The translations under genes and the position numbers were made by a program. Below are positions 62,674 to 64,000 of a stretch of 64,000 nt of DNA, piece by piece; position 1 is the stretch's first letter; each line of letters begins with the position of its first letter. This stretch comes from Candidatus Gottesmanbacteria bacterium RIFCSPHIGHO2_01_FULL_40_15 (GTDB lineage Bacteria > Patescibacteriota > Microgenomatia > 2-02-FULL-39-11), in NCBI GenBank assembly GCA_001779115.1, contig MFJF01000019.1, positions 12,733 through 76,732 on the forward strand, written 5' to 3'. A model generated the notes under the pieces. That model did not search any database, had not been told where the DNA came from, and was given only the letters and a program-made list of their open reading frames with translations.

Positions 62674-63876
62674 ATGCTTAAATTTAACTATAAAACCAAG
62701 AATACCGAGGGTAGAACAGTTGAGGGTGTTGTAGAAGCTGATAATCTGAAACAGGCGCAGGAATTACTTCACGAGCGGGGATTTTATATATTTTATCTGA
62801 AAGAACAACTCCAGAGTTTTTTGCCGACCGGATTTGCTCCCCAAGGGATTTCCTATTCCGACCAGGTCCATGTAACCCGCCAGCTGGCAACGATGATAAC
62901 AGCCGGCTTGAATATCGATGAAGCGTTTTTAATACTTATCCAGCAGGTAAAAAAGCCACGTCTTATAAATTTACTGAAAAAAATCGAAGAAGACGTCAGG
63001 TCGGGAAAATCACTTTCTTCTGCACTTGAAAAATTTCCAAAAATTTTTTCACCGGTCTATCTTTCTTTAGTGCGGGCCGGTGAAGCATCTGGAAAACTGG
63101 ATATTATCCTTGAGAGATTGGCTGACAATCTGGAAAAAAGCCGCGATTTTCGAAATAAAGTAAAAGGATCCCTTCTCTATCCTACTCTGGTTATATCGGG
63201 TATGGTGGTTGTTTCTTTTATCGTTATGACTGTAGTAGTTCCCAGGTTAACCTCGTTATACAGGGAATTTGATATTGACCTTCCGCTGCCGACCAGAATT
63301 CTTATTGGACTGTCCGATTTTTTCGTTAATTACTGGTATGTCATGATAATTGTGGTAGTTTTAACAGTTGTGGTGCTTTTAAGAGTGCGTCAGTCAAAAT
63401 ACGGCCAATTTGTGCTGGCAACAATAATATTGAATATTCCCATATTCGGACCCATTTTCAGGCAATCAACCCTGGTTGAGTTGACTAAAACTTTGGCCAT
63501 TCTGATTGACAGCGGAGTGCCCATTCTGACGGCACTGGAGATTGCCAGAAATACTACGGATAACATTATTTTTAAAGACGCTTTTGAGACGGCAGCCAAA
63601 AAAGTGGAGAAAGGATTTCCGCTGTCGGACCCGCTTCTTGAAAATAAACTGATGCCGACGATTCTGGGGCAGATGGTGGCTATCGGTGAACATACGGGAA
63701 AAATGGGAGAGTCTCTCACCAAATTATCGAAGTATTTTGAAGCGGAAGCCGAGATTGCAGTTCGTACCTTGACAACACTTATTGAGCCTCTTATCATGGT
63801 TGTATTAGGCTTAGGGGTAGGTTTTTTGGTAATGGCAGTACTTTTGCCTATTTATTCGCTGACCAGTAAATTTTAA
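62674..63876 (+). CDS. pilC: type IV pilus platform protein PilC / GspF-family
   Basis: 400 aa. Two T2SSF repeats ('…AGLNIDEAF…', '…SGVPILTALE…') and 3 TM. Confidence 0.88.
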   Translation: MLKFNYKTKNTEGRTVEGVVEADNLKQAQELLHERGFYIFYLKEQLQSFLPTGFAPQGISYSDQVHVTRQLATMITAGLNIDEAFLILIQQVKKPRLINLLKKIEEDVRSGKSLSSALEKFPKIFSPVYLSLVRAGEASGKLDIILERLADNLEKSRDFRNKVKGSLLYPTLVISGMVVVSFIVMTVVVPRLTSLYREFDIDLPLPTRILIGLSDFFVNYWYVMIIVVVLTVVVLLRVRQSKYGQFVLATIILNIPIFGPIFRQSTLVELTKTLAILIDSGVPILTALEIARNTTDNIIFKDAFETAAKKVEKGFPLSDPLLENKLMPTILGQMVAIGEHTGKMGESLTKLSKYFEAEAEIAVRTLTTLIEPLIMVVLGLGVGFLVMAVLLPIYSLTSKF

Positions 63877-63906
63877 ATATTGAAAATTCAGAAAAGGAGG
63901 TGAGGA

Positions 63907-64000
63907 ATGCAATACAAAAAGCATAGTTCCGGTTTCACCTTAATAGAAATACTAATTGTGGTAGCTCTTTTGGGAGCCCTCGTAGTCGGGCTTTTGGCGA
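63907..64000 (+). CDS. type IV pilin / pseudopilin (prepilin N-terminal methylation domain), truncated by window end
   Basis: SD 'aaggaggtgagga' then 'MQYKKHSSGFTLIEILIVVALLGALVVGLLA…' (G|FTLIE class III signal). Confidence 0.8.
   Translation, partial: MQYKKHSSGFTLIEILIVVALLGALVVGLLA

Overview
This 64-kb window looks like a compact, gene-dense chromosome segment from a low-GC (about 40%) bacterium with small, tightly packed operons. Most of it is housekeeping: translation (frr, proS, cysS, hisS, rpsU, rpsF-ssb-rpsR, rpmE, a release factor), replication (dnaX, dnaB, holB, gyrB/gyrA, recR, ssb), proteases (RseP, Ctp, HtrA, PepA, PepP), transporters, and a type IV pilus operon (pilB-pilT-pilC-pilin) at the 3' end. 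The content resembles reduced genomes such as CPR/Patescibacteria: an archaeal-type ProRS, a short DnaX, an H+-pyrophosphatase, T4P genes, and many 4-nt gene overlaps. TGA is used as a stop codon, so the genetic code is standard. There is one tRNA-Leu(CAA) on the minus strand near 38.9 kb. Non-routine items are: (i) a 1.14-kb ORF-free, AT-rich region (47528-48669) with imperfect direct repeats, palindromic hairpins and an embedded GC-richer 110-170 nt candidate structured RNA, directly upstream of a tyrosine recombinase; (ii) an IS200/RAYT-like HUH-Y1 transposase gene bounded by perfect 13-18 bp inverted repeats, sitting between gyrB and holB; (iii) a contiguous SAM/SAH-adenosine salvage cluster (PfkB kinase, SAH hydrolase, DUF62-type SAM hydrolase, cystathionine beta-synthase) followed by a two-hairpin leader that sequesters the CBS ribosome-binding site; (iv) a class-I release factor with no domain 1 in the canonical rpmE-prfA position; (v) an AMP-nucleosidase-like protein with a long unknown N-terminal domain; (vi) an aminotransferase-fold protein with a 260-aa N-terminal extension; (vii) a HerA/FtsK-type (DUF87) ATPase at the left edge. 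I found no CRISPR array. All calls rest on motifs read from the translations. I ran no database search.
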